Below, piece by piece: positions 25,910 through 40,300 of a stretch of 64,000 bases of DNA. A program made the position numbers and the translations under genes. Under the pieces are notes generated by a model that saw only the letters and a list, made by a program, of their open reading frames with translations, did not search any database and was not told the origin of the DNA. The DNA comes from Octopus bimaculoides. Its lineage: Eukaryota. Positions within the stretch are counted from its first letter, which is position 1. Each line of letters opens with the position of its first letter. The stretch is from the NCBI RefSeq assembly GCF_001194135.2, contig NC_068984.1, forward strand, positions 41,635,094 through 41,699,093, written 5' to 3'.

Positions 25910-26415
25910 TTTGCTGGAATAAGAACTGATTGGAAAAAGTTCTGGGAGCTGCTACTATTGTTGACAACAAAGATCTTTTCCCTAAGAGTGAAGGGCAGAG
26001 TGTATGATGCTAGAAGTGCTATTCTGCATGACAATGAGATATGGGCTTTGAATGTAAAAAGACTTTAAAAAACTGGAAAGCGATGGAATGAGGATTCTTC
26101 ATTGGATGTGCTATGTGAGTGTGTCTGAGAAAATTAGTATGAAGGTGTTGTGTGAAAAATTGGGTATAAGAGGAATCAGAGGAATTAAATATTGTATTCA
26201 AGAAAGAAGATGGCACTAGTATTGTCATGTGTTACATATGGATGAGGACAGTTGTATAAAAAAGATCTGATTGTTTAATGTGGCTGCAACCTACAGAAAA
26301 GGAAGACCCAGGAAGACATGGAGTGAAGTGGTGAAAGCTGACTTCAGGAATCTGAGCCTGATAGACAAGATGAAAAAGAACTAGGATCTCAAAAAGATGT
26401 GCCCTCCTCAGTAAA
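25910..26415 (+). mobile_element. RTE-clade LINE C-terminal fragment
   Basis: FSLRVKGRVYDA..SAILHDNEIWAL. Confidence 0.8.
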
Positions 26416-26611
26416 ACTGAGTTGTGGGTGCTCTATGTTTTGGGTTCAACTGCATGCACTTCTTGTTGCCAAACCTTATTCTGTTCCATTGGTCTTTGAA
26501 CCCACAGAATGACTAGTTGCAGTGTTAAGCAGGAATGTAAACATTACTGTTTTGCTTAGTGATAAACAAAAATAGATGTAGAATGTCAAGAAACATGCAC
26601 ACACATTTATA

Positions 26612-26635
26612 AATATATATATATATATATATTTA

Positions 26636-26682
<47 letters not shown>

Positions 26683-26739
26683 TATCTACCTGTCTGTCTG
26701 TCTATCTACACACAGACACACACAGACACACAGACACAT

Positions 26740-26779
<40 letters not shown>

Positions 26780-26790
26780 ACATACATATA
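26612..26790. repeat. Compound microsatellite (TA)n(TCTA)n(CA)n
   Basis: Read directly. Confidence 0.95.
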
Positions 26791-27254
26791 CACATGCACA
26801 ATGAACTTCAATACAGTTTCCATTTTACAATTCCATTTTTAAGGCATTGATTGACCCAATGCTGTTGTAAAAGACAGTCTCTCAAGATACCTCATGGTGA
26901 GACAAGCGTCTTCTATATTTCTCTGTTGGCCAATGCCTTATAAATACAACTGATTGGTTGAAACTGTTAGGAAACTTGTTAAGTGTGCGTGTGTACTAAT
27001 CTTAACATTTTGATTAATAAAAAAATTTATAAGCCTTCGTCAGCTAGACTAAAATATATTCCTACTTTAACCAAAGCGTTCTCTACCAAATACTTCTAAA
27101 ATCAAATGGTCTCTCTATGAAGCCCTAAAAGTTCTCTAACCATGTTCAGCTCTTTTTGTACTTTCACTTTCTACAGTAAGGTCATAAGACAAACTTTACT
27201 CTGATCCAATGTAGTCTCACTTGGAAACTTCACACTCTACAGTTTTTCCTAGCC

Positions 27255-27288
<34 letters not shown>

Positions 27289-27668
27289 ATACTGCTACAT
27301 TTTATCTGATAATATATTCGCACTTGGCTAAAGTGTTAGATTATTGATGATGTGACTATGAACTCAAACTCTACAAATTCCACTGTTTTGAGCTTTTGTA
27401 CAAATACTAAGTAAAACAGAACTATTTTTCTAGGTTTGCACGAGTGACAGGAAGAACACCCAGATGTAAAGATACCACACAACAGAAATGTTCAAATTTG
27501 ATGAGGTGGGAGAAACCAACCCACATATGTTCCCTATAGAAAAAAAATGGTTATAAAACAGTCAGCAATAAAATTCAAATTTTGATGGTAGCAGTTAAAA
27601 TAGTTGTTCACAAGTATTTTTGTTGGATATTTTCAATTTTTTCTATTTTTCTAATTTGACTTTGAAAG

Positions 27669-27853
27669 GTTGTGGTGGAGTTTACAGTAAACATAGTGGA
27701 GAAATAATGAGTCCGAATTACCCCAATAGCTATCCTCCTAACAGAGAATGCACATGGAATTTGCAGGTACCAAATGGTTATAGACTAAACCTGAGTTTTA
27801 TTCCACCATTTGATTTGGAACATTCAGAGGGATGTGTAAATGACTATGTGAAG
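27669..27853 (+). CDS. CUBN: Cubilin exon, CUB21 first half (GCGGVYSKHSGEIMSPNYP..FDLEHSEGCVNDYVK)
   Basis: tttgaaag| (weak acceptor), AAG|gtaatg; 185 nt; phase 1 to 0. Confidence 0.9.
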
Positions 27854-29191
27854 GTAATGGATATTTTCATCTTCTGTTTGTTATTAGATATTACTGAGTT
27901 ATAAAGAGACTGAATAGTTTATTAAGTTATCAAATTTGTAAACAGCACAGAGCAGGTTCATATCTTACAAAAATCATTTTATTTTACTCATCTAACTTTT
28001 TAATGTTCCTGCATTGTGTTAAAACTAACTAGAAAAAGAATTGGGATGAGATGGGCAGACTATTAGCCAATGTTATTTTGGGATGAGGTTGGGGAACTAA
28101 TAGCCAATGTTATTTTGATCATTTTGGCTACTAGATGAGACAACTCTAGGCATGTTTAGGTCTTATTGGAGCTCCTCAGTGAAGCATAGACTCTTATTTT
28201 GAGAAGACATGTGATTAATAGAATAAAACACTTATTTAATATATGTCATCATAAAATGAATTTAAAGAATGGAAAGAATGGGCCTGTGCATCAGTCTTAC
28301 ATTTTTCTATTTATGTTCGTTTCGGTATTATCAAAAGTCAAAAATTGCAAAGCTATCCTTTCACAGAATGGTTGATGATGTCAAAGGTGTACAGGAAGTG
28401 ACTATTTTTGGTTTGGGATATAGAGGGATACTACTGTGCTTTTTTTCATAAAATATATTGTTTTTCATTAGAGATTTACATTGTAATACATATAAATATG
28501 AGTGTATGCATGGCTGTGTAATAAAGAAGTTTGCCTCATAACTATGTGATTTTGGGCCCACTCCTACTCAGTTTGATCAAAGCTTGGTGAGTAAAATTTA
28601 GTAGATAGAGACTGTGTAGAGGGACCATTCCTGTTGTTGATTGGTTTAATACTACTATATATCTCCAGAGTGAATAATTTCTTCTTTTCCTCTCATGTGT
28701 TGGAGGCCTTAAAATGCTCATGGGTATTACCCTTCTAATTCTGACTGAATCACATGAGTTGGGGATGAGGGATTATTATACCCCATCACTCTACTAATTT
28801 GAAAAATCACTTTCATTTACATTTTTTGTTTCACATATAGAATATGGATGTATACCAATGGTCTTGCTAACTTCTACTTAGTATAAGAGTAATTCATAAC
28901 TTTTCATTTGTTTCTCTAGAGAAAGAAAAGCCAAGTAATCTTGGAATGTTACTAGTTTGGATGGATTAATAATAATTAAAAATGAATGATAGTTTTTGAA
29001 AATCATTCATTCAAGTATAAATGTTAATTAAATATTCGTTTAATAAAAAAAATGAAACACAAAGAATTTTCACTACAAATGCAACTTTTGAAGTTAATTT
29101 GGTGATAATATATTTGAAATTCAGTCTTCTCTTGATCTCTCATCAAATTTCTAAAGATTGTTCAATAATTTGTTTTCTTTTTCTTTTTCAG

Positions 29192-29348
29192 TTGGAAATT
29201 CCAAATCTTAACACTACACAGAATCCTTCAAAATATTGTTCCAATATTTTACCAAACACATCTAGTTTCTTTACCTCGGTTATGACCATAACTTTCAGAT
29301 CAAATTCTGATATAAGTGGCAACGGCTTTTTAGCAAGATGGAAAGCTG
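29192..29348 (+). CDS. CUBN: Cubilin exon, CUB21 second half (LEIPNLNTTQNPSKYCSNI..GNGFLARWKA)
   Basis: ctttttcag|, G|gtgagt; 157 nt; phase 0 to 1. Confidence 0.92.
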
Positions 29349-29454
29349 GTGAGTTAGAACAAGACAATGCATTGTTATTTCAGTGAAATGAGTCTAGTGT
29401 CAATGGTAATGTTGCTTTCAAATTTTGTCATAAGGTCAACAATTTTGAAGGAGG

Positions 29455-29628
29455 GAGTAAATCAATTACATCGACGCCAGTGCTCAACTGGTACTTATAT
29501 TATTGATCTCAAAGGATGAAAGGCAAAGTTGACCTCAGCAGAATTTGAACTCAGAATGTAAAGATGGACAAAATGCCACTAAATATTTTGCCATGCATGC
29601 TAAGGATTCTGCCAGCTCAGCACCTTAG
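29455..29628 (-). mobile_element. SINE family B copy
   Basis: Reverse match to 24939-25166. Confidence 0.8.
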
Positions 29629-30082
29629 TGTAAATGATAATATTGAATTTCTTTTTTGGATTTGTAAACGAGTAAATATAGTGACATGAGATGAAAGATA
29701 AACTGAATATAAGAGGAATCATATGTAGTGTGCAAGAGAGATGACTGCACTGGTACAGCATATAATGCATTGGGACAATAACAGATGGGTAAAGAAGTGC
29801 CAGGTAATCTAAGATGAGCGAAGCTGTGGGAGAGGAAAGCCAAAGAAGACATGGGTTGTAGCGGTGTAAACTAATTTCGGGATTTTGAACCTTATAAAGT
29901 ATATGAAAAAGGAATACAGCAAACAGTGTGGTGCTGTGTTGGGGACATGCTGTTCAACACATGCAATTAATGGTAAATGGACATAGAAATTATGATGACA
30001 GTGACATCATTATTTTGAATCTCATTGTTATCACTGTCATCATGTAATTGCCAATGATGATGATTGATTATGAGCTCTCGAA

Positions 30083-30180
30083 AAGATACCTCTACACATA
30101 AGATACCTCTCCACATAAGATACCTCTCCACATAAGATACCTCTCCACATAAGATACCTCTCCACATAAGATACCTTTCC
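30083..30180. repeat. 17-bp minisatellite (AAGATACCTCTCCACAT), about 5.7 copies
   Basis: Units start at 30083, 30100, 30117, 30134, 30151 and 30168. Confidence 0.95.
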
Positions 30181-30344
30181 TAGTTCAGAATATCAGAGTA
30201 CTAATGAGTCTCAATCTCCTTTGATGAATTTTTGTGGTTAGCAAGTGATTATCAGGTTATATGAATATGTTCAATCCAAGGTCATTCACCTGATGATAAC
30301 AATTTTGCTCTCTCTCTCTTCATTCTTGTATTTGATTGTGTGCT

Positions 30345-30765
30345 AAGGAAGGCCACCAATGTTTGTGAAGAGGAAGGTTGCTCTGGTGCCCAGGTTGAGT
30401 CATCATATGCCAGCTATTACAGTTGTTGTCCTTGACAATGCTGACGGTCTTGCTTATCACAAACACTGCCGAGCAAGCTCACATGCTATTGATTGCAGTT
30501 GAAATGGCACACCAGATGGAAAGGTTTCAATTGAACCCAAAGAAAACCAAGGATTTGGCCTTTAATACTGAAGACAGCCATGAGCATTGGCAGTGGAAAG
30601 ACCCTCAAAATGGGGGATGATTTCAGGTGCTTCAATACCTGGACTTCATCCTCATTACTGTGTGAGGCAGAAACATAAACACTAATTCTCAGGAGAAACT
30701 GCTGGGTGGATGTTATACCAGGATGCTCCATATATGACTTAGGACACTTTGTGGATGGAAAACAT
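30345..30765 (+). mobile_element. Decayed RTE-X-like LINE RT C-terminal fragment
   Basis: ADGLA(L)ITN..LLIAVE..QLNPKKTK..FN; GCYTRML. Confidence 0.55.
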
Positions 30766-30772
30766 GAACAAC

Positions 30773-31177
30773 AGGCGCAAGAGTGGCTGTGTGGTAAGTA
30801 ACTTGCTTACCAACCACATGGTTCCGGGTTCAGTCCCACTGCATGGCACCTTGGGCAAGTGTCTTCTACTATAGCCTCGAGCCGACCAAAGCCTTGTGAG
30901 TGGATTTGGTAGACGGAAACTGAAAGAAGCCCGTCGTATATATGTATATATATATATATGTAAATGTATGTGTGTTTGTGTGTCTGTGTTTGTCCCCCCA
31001 CCATCGCTTGACAACCGATGCTGGTGTGTTTACGTCCCCGTAACTTAACGGTTCGGCAAAAAGAGACCGATAGAATAAGTACTAGGCTTACAAAGAATAA
31101 GTCCTGGGGTTGATTTGTTCGACTAAAGGTAGTGCTCCAGCATGGCCACAGTCAAATGACTGAAACAAGTAAAAGAG
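30773..31177 (+). mobile_element. SINE family A, full length (tRNA-like head, CORE/MIR-like CCTTGGGCAAGT, internal (TA)/(TG) microsatellite)
   Basis: GTGGCTGTGTGG box A, GGTTCAGTCCC box B; copies at about 8050, 50780, 56040 and 63167. Confidence 0.85.
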
Positions 31178-31414
31178 TGATGCTAATCTTTATACTGGTC
31201 TACCATTTGTGACTGCAAAAATTTGCCACTGACATTAATGACAATGCAAGACTGGCAGATGATGATGAGGATAGTGACAATGACAACGACAAATTATGAT
31301 GGTGGTAATACCAATTGACTGTGGTGACACATGAGGGGATAATGGTAATTGCTGTTGAATATAACGACACATGATGTTGACAATGACAATTGATTGTGAC
31401 AATGATGATAATTC

Positions 31415-31630
31415 TTTTCTGCTCTAGGCACAAGGCCTGAAATTTTGGGGGAGGGGGCCAGTCGATTAGATCAACCCAGTATGCAACTGGTACTTAATTT
31501 ATCAACCTCGAAAGGATGAAAGGCAAGGTCAACCTTGGCAGAATTTGAACTCAGAACGTAAAGACAGACGAAATACCACAAAGTATTTCACCTGGCATGC
31601 TAACGTTTCCGCCAGCTCACCGCCTTGATA
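31415..31630 (-). mobile_element. SINE family B copy
   Basis: Reverse match to 46787-47002. Confidence 0.85.
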
Positions 31631-31723
31631 ATGACTATGTTTCTGTATTATTATTCATAAAATATAACACAGTTACCTATGTGGTATGTTATGTAATGTA
31701 ATGTTTCATTATTTTCTTTACAG

Positions 31724-31876
31724 AATGTGGTAGTTATTACACAGAACAGACTGGAGTTATATCATCCCCTGGATTTCCACTTAGCTATGAAAATAACCAA
31801 AATTGTTTTTATACAATCACGGGAAACAACAACACCTATGTTCAGTTGACAGTTAAACATTTCAGCCTTCAAGGAG
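31724..31876 (+). CDS. CUBN: Cubilin exon, CUB22 first half (ECGSYYTEQTGVISSPGFP..KHFSLQG)
   Basis: ttctttacag|, G|gtatca; 153 nt; phase 1 to 1; missed by the ORF track. Confidence 0.9.
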
Positions 31877-32257
31877 GTATCACTATTTATATATATAAAG
31901 AGAGTTTCTATTTATGTGTGTGTGGATGTTTCTTAGACATTAAAAAACTGAGTTGTCGATTTTGACATTTGGGGTATCAAAAGATTCAGTAATCTTTTGG
32001 CTACCAAATAAACTTTATTTTCATTTACATATTTTCTATGTTATCTCAATAACTATCTTTAGTTATTTGAAAGACACTGCTCTACAATGACCAGGTTCCA
32101 TTAGAAAGTGAAAATAGTTTCACACTTTCATTTTGAACCAAAATTACAAAGTGTTGCATTATGAGAGTTAGAATGTGTGAATAATGAAAGTAATGTTTCT
32201 CTGAATTAGTCATATCTGTACTATAATAAAGTAAGCTGCTTATCATCTATCTATATA

Positions 32258-33158
32258 CATTGGGTCATCCCATAAATAATGCAGTTTTTTCAATTGCATG
32301 AATTAAAAGTTGGAAGGCGAGAGACAAACTACCTGCATTAACTTGTTATAAAAGTAGGTTGTAATTTTACCTTGTCTGATTCTTAGTGCAAGTTTAGAAG
32401 AGTGCAGTTCGATTTTAACAGTTATTTTTTCAAAGCTATAATGAAAGTGACATTGGAGCATATTCAGCATATTTTACTTTATGAGTTCAATACAGGCAAC
32501 AACAGAATGGAAAGTGTGAGGAATATTAATGCAGTATATGGGGATCGGACAATAAGTGTAAGCCAGTGTCAATGGTGGTTCCAGAAATTCCGAGCCAGAA
32601 ACTACAACCTAGAAGATGAGCCTCATCCTGGAAGATCTGTAGAGCTCAATGAGGATGTCCTGCAAATCCTGGTGGAACAAAATCCCATCGTAACTGTTGA
32701 GGAACTAGCAGAGAAGCTTGGCTTTGGTCATTCAACCAGTGAGATTCAAGTCAGCACGAGAAGAAAACCGATCATCTTTGATTCCAAGATGAAAGGTGTT
32801 CTTCTGTCAGGATAATGCTCAGCCACATACAGTGAGGATGACATTCCAAAGGCTGAAGCAGTTTGAATGGGAAATAATGCCCCACCCACCATATTCACTG
32901 GACAATGTCCCATCTGATTATCATTTATTCTGCAGTCTTCAAAATCATTTGGATTGAAAAAATATGAATTCTATACACAAAGTCAGAACAGTAGTGGAGG
33001 AGTGTTTTTCATCTCAGATAAGTGAATTTGCAAGTCTACCAGACAGATAGAAGAGCATTGTAGAAAATGAAGGAGAGTATATTTTAGATTAAAAAAGAAC
33101 TTGGTATATCTTAAAAGAAGTATAAAAAAAAATGCATTATTTATGGGATGACCCAATA
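32258..33158 (+). mobile_element. Mariner element, internal-deletion derivative
   Basis: TIR (C/T)ATTGGGTCATCCCATAAATAATGC at both ends with TA flanks; N-terminal HTH (RHILLYEF-like, WFQKFR, EDEPHPGR) joined to DNA..H and HPPYS..PSDYHLF; the WVPH and first-Asp region is missing. Confidence 0.92.
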
Positions 33159-34284
33159 TAAAGGTTACCAAGTAAACTATGTTTTTGGTACAAGAACTCT
33201 TTTTTACTATTAAAATAACTTCAGAAACAAGGTTGGGTTGCACAATTTTGAGGTCATTTTTGGGCAATATTTCAATTTGCTTCTAATGTTTCATTTATGT
33301 CTGATGTTTCATGCATGTGTAAAATTCTACTCAGACAAACATTTATGAAAATGTACATATAAATATTGTATTAAAATAAGCCACAACCAAAATAATTTCA
33401 TTAAAAGACATCCATTTCTCTATATGTTACAAAGAAATACAGTCACTCACTCTCCCTCTCACATGAATGTGCACATGCACACATACATTAAAAAAACATG
33501 TATGCATATGTATTTATGTATGTGTATATGAAAGATAAAGTGTGTGTGCGAAAGAGAGAGAGAAAGAGTGATTGCCACATATACATGCAAAAAGTATATA
33601 CATGACAACACACACTTTCATTCACTCCCTCTCCCTCTCTCTCTCTCTCTCACACACACACATCCATTTCATATACATGCACATACATCTTTCACTTTCT
33701 CCTCTCACTTCAAAGCAAATGTCGCCTTTACACTTTCTCCTCTTTTCCAATTTCTGCTCTCTTCAAAGCATAATGAAATAGAAAATTTTTACAGAAATTA
33801 ATGAACAAACATATGATCCCATATGATCAAGTTGACAACTTTGCTGCTTCAAATGAAGGAATGCCATAAAATAACTTCCTTTGACACACACATGAGTGCA
33901 CATACACACAAACACACACACACTCTCTCTCTCTCTCTCTCAAACTTCTGTACAAATAATGTTATTTCTTGGCTGTGTGCACCTGCAAAATTATAGCTCA
34001 AATCCAATTGAAGTGACCTTTTTCTATTCTGTAATTTGTGTTTGTGAAGAGTGTATTTAACAACCTAATCTTCAACATAAACTTAAAAGGAAGTTTTCCC
34101 AGAAATCCTGTCCTTTACCTGTTGTTTCTAGCATGTTTGAGGTAACATTTGCCACCCCCTCACCTATTTTTTTCCTAAATTTCTTCTGATTCCTATGTTT
34201 CCAATACAAGAGATTAGGATTTTGCTCAAAAAACACTTTCTCATTATTTCAGTTTTCTCCCCCACCCCGACCCCAATTTCTTCA

Positions 34285-34480
34285 TTTTATTTTTTCCCAG
34301 ATTTCCTGTGATATTATTGTCCATCCACTGCATTCTTTGCCTGCCTCTTGATCTATTGCCCTCTACTCTTCCTTCTCTGATAATGTTTTCTAGTTCCCTG
34401 CTTCTTTGAATATGGCCATAATAGATGAACTTTTGTTTTTTCTCGATGTTCAAGAGTTGTCATCTTTCACCTACTTATTG
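34285..34480 (-). mobile_element. RTE-BovB-like LINE C-terminal fragment
   Basis: YYGHIQRSRELENIIREGRVEGNRSRGRQRMQWMDN. Confidence 0.6.
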
Positions 34481-34734
34481 TAACACCCATTCAATAATAC
34501 ATCATGAGAGAAGTGTTTGCTGCAACTCTAAACAACAATCATTTACTTAGCTGGATATGTTGTCCAGCTGTTTTGTCTTTCAATTTATGTGTCTTTAGCT
34601 TATGAGGCAAGAAGCTGATTGAATTAACTTTCACTTCTTTCAACCGTCCCAGATAAATAGAAGGCAAAATGACTAATCACAACTGATTGTGAATTTAGTA
34701 CTCTGAGCTACTGGATTAAATATGATAACACATA

Positions 34735-35925
34735 AAGGCATGTACATCTGTACAAGCCATGTACAGAGATGCTGTCAGTAAGGTGAAGGTTGGCAGTGAG
34801 TATAGTGATGAATTCAGGGTATAAGTAGGGGTTTACCAAGGATCAGTTCTCAGCCCACTTTTGTTCATCATAGGGCTATTGGCAGTAACAAAAATTTAAG
34901 ATGGGCTGCCCCTGAGAGTTCCTTCATGCTGAGGACCTTGCTCTTATGGCTGAATCATTACTAAAACTAGAGAAGAAATTTCAGGAGCGAAAGCAAAAGC
35001 TAGAATTTAATTTAATCTAGCTAAAACGAAAGTCTTAGTAAGTAGAAAAGCAGACAAATCACAAATCCCTTCAGGTAGATGGCCCTGCTTGATCTGAAGA
35101 AAAGGCAGAGGTTGAAACTCCATAAGATGTACTTGATGTAAGCTATGGACACATAAGAGGTGCGGCAATATCAGAGGAAGTTTAACAGGGAAAATAGTTT
35201 TCGTGTGTAGAAGGTGCACAGGTACAATAAACACTAAAAATGTACAGAAAATAGACTCCACAACAGAGTGTATGCATCTTGAGAGAAAAGTTGGGCATAA
35301 GAGGCATCAGGTGTAGTGTGCAAGAGAGAAGACTGTGCTGATACGGTCATGTGATGCATATGGTTGTGGACAGCTGTGTAAAGAAGTGATGATCTCTAAC
35401 TGTAGAGGGAATCTGTGGAAGGGGTAAACCCAGGAAAACATGGAACGAGGTGGTGAAACATGATCTTCAAATGCTAACCCTCACAGAGACAATGACAAGT
35501 GACCAAGACCTTTGGCAATTTGCCATGCTTGAGAAGACCCATTAAGCCAAATAAAATCGTAGTTGTGGCTGGTGCTGGTGTCACATAACTGGCATCCATG
35601 CTGGTGGAACATAGAAAACACTATTTGAACATTGGGCCTCATGGAGGCAATGATAAGTGACAGAGACCTTTGGTGATATACTGTGCTTGAGAAGATCTAT
35701 CAAGCCAAGTGAAATCGTAGTTGTGGCCAATGCTGGTTTCACCTAACTGGCATGTAAAATACTCTCATTACACTCTTGGAGTGGTTGACATTAGGAAGGG
35801 AACCCAGCCATAGAAACCATGCCAAATCAGACTGGAACCTAGTGTAGCCCTACAGCCTACCAGTTTCAGTCAAACCATCTAACTCATGCCAGCATGGAAA
35901 CAGACACAAAGGGATGACGATGATA
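34735..35925 (+). mobile_element. RTE-clade LINE 3' part with internal deletion, 3' UTR and tail
   Basis: YQGSVLSPLLF, HAEDL (YADDL), RGIRCSVQERRL, 3' UTR subrepeats. Confidence 0.85.
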
Positions 35926-36542
35926 AAGGAAGAGGTTCTGTTTTCAATATAAATGATAATTTTGATTATATTAAAGATTTACAACAGTAGAATAAAACTA
36001 CTGTTAATCTCTTGGCTTGAGGATCATGAATTTACATCTCTTGCCTGGCTTTGCCTTGTCAAGGTATTGAGCTTGCCGTACCTCAATATACATTTTAGCT
36101 TTCAAATGCAGTGAAGATCAGTACTATATTCTCCAATCAGACTGAGTTTTCCTATTAAGGCTGATTTATTTTTTCTGTTTTGCCTTACATCTCTTATACT
36201 GATTATGGATAATAAAATTCTAATAGAGGGATTATAAAAAAAAGTTGGTGTTTATCATCAACTGGCTTTCTCTTTGGAAATCCTGAAAATGATATAACCC
36301 TAAGGAAATCAGATTATATAAAGATTTGCCAAGACAGGTCATTAACTGTCATATTTTGTTTTAAAGTAAAAGCTCTCGAATCAATTACTTAATTTAACCA
36401 TTTGATCAGACACTGCATAATACGCTAAGGAATATGTTATGTGTACAATATTTCATAATGAATATATTATAGTAAATATTATAAATAGCTGTTAGTTTTT
36501 AATACATGCTTATATTTGATATGTGTGGACTATTTATTCCAG

Positions 36543-36716
36543 ATTGCAGGGCTGATTATTTGCAGATAAGAGCTGCTGAAAACCCTTATCATGGAGGTAG
36601 TTATTGTGGAAGTAACATACCACAGTACATGATGTTCAAAGCACCAGTAAACTTTTATTTCAAAACCGATGATTCTAAAACATCAATTGGTTTTGAAATA
36701 AGCTATAAAAAGTATG
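36543..36716 (+). CDS. CUBN: Cubilin exon, CUB22 second half (DCRADYLQIRAAENPYHGGSYCGSNIP..GFEISYKKY)
   Basis: ttattccag|, G|gtaagc; 174 nt; phase 1 to 1. Confidence 0.92.
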
Positions 36717-37380
36717 GTAAGCAATTCAGTTATTCAATCCCATTATAGTCTAATATGTCATTAGTTATAATTTTTTTTTAGCTACTTAATGATTACATTT
36801 TTTCATTAGTTACCATTACGTCACAGCAATAGTATTACATAAGATATTTTCTTTCCTTCTCTTGATAAAAACAAATTCATTTATTCACCCGAAAACTAGT
36901 GTCTTTACCTGTAGTAGTTCTCACTTTCATCCTTTAATGACATTTTAAAAAGTTGTAATGGTAGTGATTCTAATTAACAAATCCTGAATATTTCACTTGA
37001 GAGCTTTTTTTCTTTTGTAAAACAGTTACAATACTTTATTTAATCATACAGGTCTCTTCACCCAACTAGTAAATGCCTCCCTCTTGTACTTTTGCTGCCA
37101 GGTTAACAGTATACTATTAGTTTGTTCATAATACACATAAATGCTCTTTAAATGAAAGTTGATTTAGTTTTTCAACTTCAACTATTTGTCTTTGTCTGAT
37201 AAAGATATTATGTTGAAATACCTCTTCTTTCTACATGATTTTTACCTGGTGGAAACTTTAAACTCAGCTCTGCACATTAACAAAACAATTTATGAGGTGT
37301 AATTGCGTTTTATAGTAACGTGAGCTGCATCTTTCCATTGTGAACATCTTATCTCAAATGAAGAGTTGGTGTAGCCAAAG

Positions 37381-40300
37381 TGTTGGTTCTCAGGATGAGA
37401 TGAACTGGAAGGAAAGAGCTGTGACATCATTGGTTAAGGGGCCTGACCGGGACAGAAAGTTGGGGAAGAAAGACCAGGGTTATCCTCTTTTGGCCTGGCA
37501 CACTCACCATGGATGGACGTCAATGGAGAAAGCTAACGGGACTGGTAGTGGTATAATAGCTGCTAACAGGTGCAACAGGTAGGGCATGGGTTTTGGATTT
37601 AGTACAGTTGGACAGCAGACAATGAGAAGGTATGTGAAGCATATCTTATTTCCCCACATTACAGTTCCCTTGTACCACAAGCAATTTTGGCACTTGTGTA
37701 TAAATTTATTTCTCCATTGTTGTTGTCCCCTTCCACAAGATGGTAGTAAAGATAAGGATCAGTGGCGATGCTGTCAGAGCTTTCTATGGCAAAGGAAATG
37801 TAGTGGCCTGGATCTGTAAGATCAAGGTAGTGGCCAAGCTACAAGGCATCGATGATGTAGCAGGTCTCATAGCCCTTTCCCTGGAGGAAAGAACATTGCA
37901 CTGTACCTCAAGATGGATGAGGAAAACCAATTGAGCATGGTGAAGACTGAGCCATGTTTGAGAGAAGCCTATATGGAGAGAACGTACACTGTGTTTACTA
38001 AGCTGGAAATGATCAGGTGGGCAGGGGAATGGGTTGATGAGCATGCCACGGAGGTTCAGAGATTAGCCATGTTATCCAGTTTTACTGGAGATGGTCTCGA
38101 GAAGGTAGCATGACTGGCCTTCATAACTGGCCTTCGTCAGGCAGCAAGAAAGTGGCGATGAGCAAGCACATCACTCAAGTGTCAAAGGAAAACACCCAGT
38201 TGGAAGGCAGTGGTGGTTGCAGCTGCAGAAACCTGTGATGTAGTGCAACAACTGGTAAAGAAAGAGAAGACAACTGCTGTGGAATGACAACGACTGTTCA
38301 TGGGCCAGTGCTTTGAGTACCAGAGACCTCACATGGCAAGGGACTGTGTGAGGATGAAGATCAGACTTGTTTGCTGCCGGTGCATGCAGACTGGGCATAT
38401 CACTTGAAATTGCAACCAGGGAAAGGGCCACTGAGAAGTTGTTGCCTCCCAAACTTCCCCCACGAGCGAGTAGAAGCACTCGTGCAGTCACTGACTGTAG
38501 TTGAAATCTAGGTTGGGAGAAAGGTATTCAAAACCCTTGTGGATACAGGCTGTACGATGTCTCTCGTGGTCCTGAGGGTGACAAAAGAACGGAAGGGGAC
38601 GAGTAGTGTTTCGGCAGTTGATGGCAGCGAAATTGCATTTAAGGGTAGCAACAACGTGGAGATAGCAATGCGGAACAAAACACTGTGGCTGAGGGTGATT
38701 GTGATAGACCGTGTAGTAGATGTGACTGATGTGGTGATGGGGATGAATGCAATCAACTGCCTTGGAGGTGTGAGTGTTGGAGATGTGGTTTAATTTGGTG
38801 GTGCAGGGGCTTCATGCACCATGAGTCTGCAACATGAGAGGGAACAGAGCTTTGCAAGGGACTGTACTGTTTACACTGTTGAGGACAAAGATTTTCAGGT
38901 GGTGTTTGATGGTCAGTGGTGGATAGTAGAGTGGCACTGGAAAAGGGAGACCAGACTAAGTCACTATCAGCATACCTTCAAAGGACATGCCAGGAGTGAG
39001 TTTGAAGGAGAGGTAGAGAGATGGATTAAGGAGGGTGTGCTTATCCTGTGGAAGGAGGAGGAGGTAAGCAGAGTGCTGCCAATAATGACAGTGGTGCAGC
39101 CAACAAAGGACAAAATCAGGCCAGTATTGGACTTTTGAGTGCTGAATGACTATGTATCATTCCACACGGGCAGTGAGGTGACTGACATCTGCAGTGAGAT
39201 GCTGCACAAATGGAGACAGATGATAAGGGGAGTGATGATTGTCGACTTGAAGTCAGCATATTTGCATCTCCATATGTAAGTGAGAAACTGTGGCAGTATC
39301 AGCTGATGTGATATAAGAGCCAAACATACTGTTAGCTAAGCTAGGTTTCAAGCTAAATTCTGTGCTGAAGATCATGGCAACAGTGCTCAAGTCTATCCTA
39401 GGAAAGGTGGACAAAATAAGAAGGGCCACCAATTTCTATACAGCCGACATCTTGGTAGCTGAGGCTGTAATGTCTGCCAGACAGGTTGTAAGTCATGTGA
39501 AGAAGCTCGGGCTGATTGCAAAGCCACCAGATCCAATGGTTGAAGGAGCTGCACTGGGACTCAAGCTTCGAAGAGATAAAACTGGCTGTTGGTGTTTCAG
39601 AGGGGGAATGAGATCCTGGAACTGGGTACAGTGTCAACAGGGAGGCTATGAACAGTGTGCAACTACATCAAGGCATGAGCAGATAGGGCATACTGGGGAG
39701 ACAAAGTGGGGAGGGAACAGCAGTTATGATGTGGAAGATCCTAGAGAGGACAAGAGTAGAAAACCCAGTAAGAGGAAATTGGCATGTGCCCAAATTGGAG
39801 AATGGGACCATATGGTGTGATGCTAGCATCATAGCAATAGGGGTTGTACTGGAAATCAGAGGCATTGAGTTGGAGGATGTGGCCTGGCTTTGAAAAGCAG
39901 ATGATTACAGTCACATCAATGTAGCCGAGTTGGACGCAGTGCTGAAGGGGATGGATCTGGCCCTGAAATGGGGGCTGTACTCCATTGAAATCTGAACTGA
40001 TTTGACCACCGTGTTTGGCTGGGTAGGATCAGTGATCACTGATGAAAAGCGGGTTCAAACCAAAGGGGCTGCAGAGATGTTAGTAAAGTGCTACCTAGGG
40101 ATTCTAGGAGAGTTAGCTGCTGAATTTGGTTTGAAGCTGAGCATGGTCTTTGTGCCTTCAGAAGGGAATAAGGCAGACATTTTAACTAGGGTGATAAAAG
40201 CTTGGTTGGAAGAGCCAGAAGATTCAAAGCAGGAGATTGCTGCAGTGTGTTGATGAAGTGACTCAGAACTAAAGAGACTGCATGTCATGCATCATATGGG

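Noticed and set aside
30083-30180. CRISPR-like regular repeat (also 58507-58614)
   Set aside because: Head-to-tail units without spacers, in a eukaryotic intron; these are minisatellites
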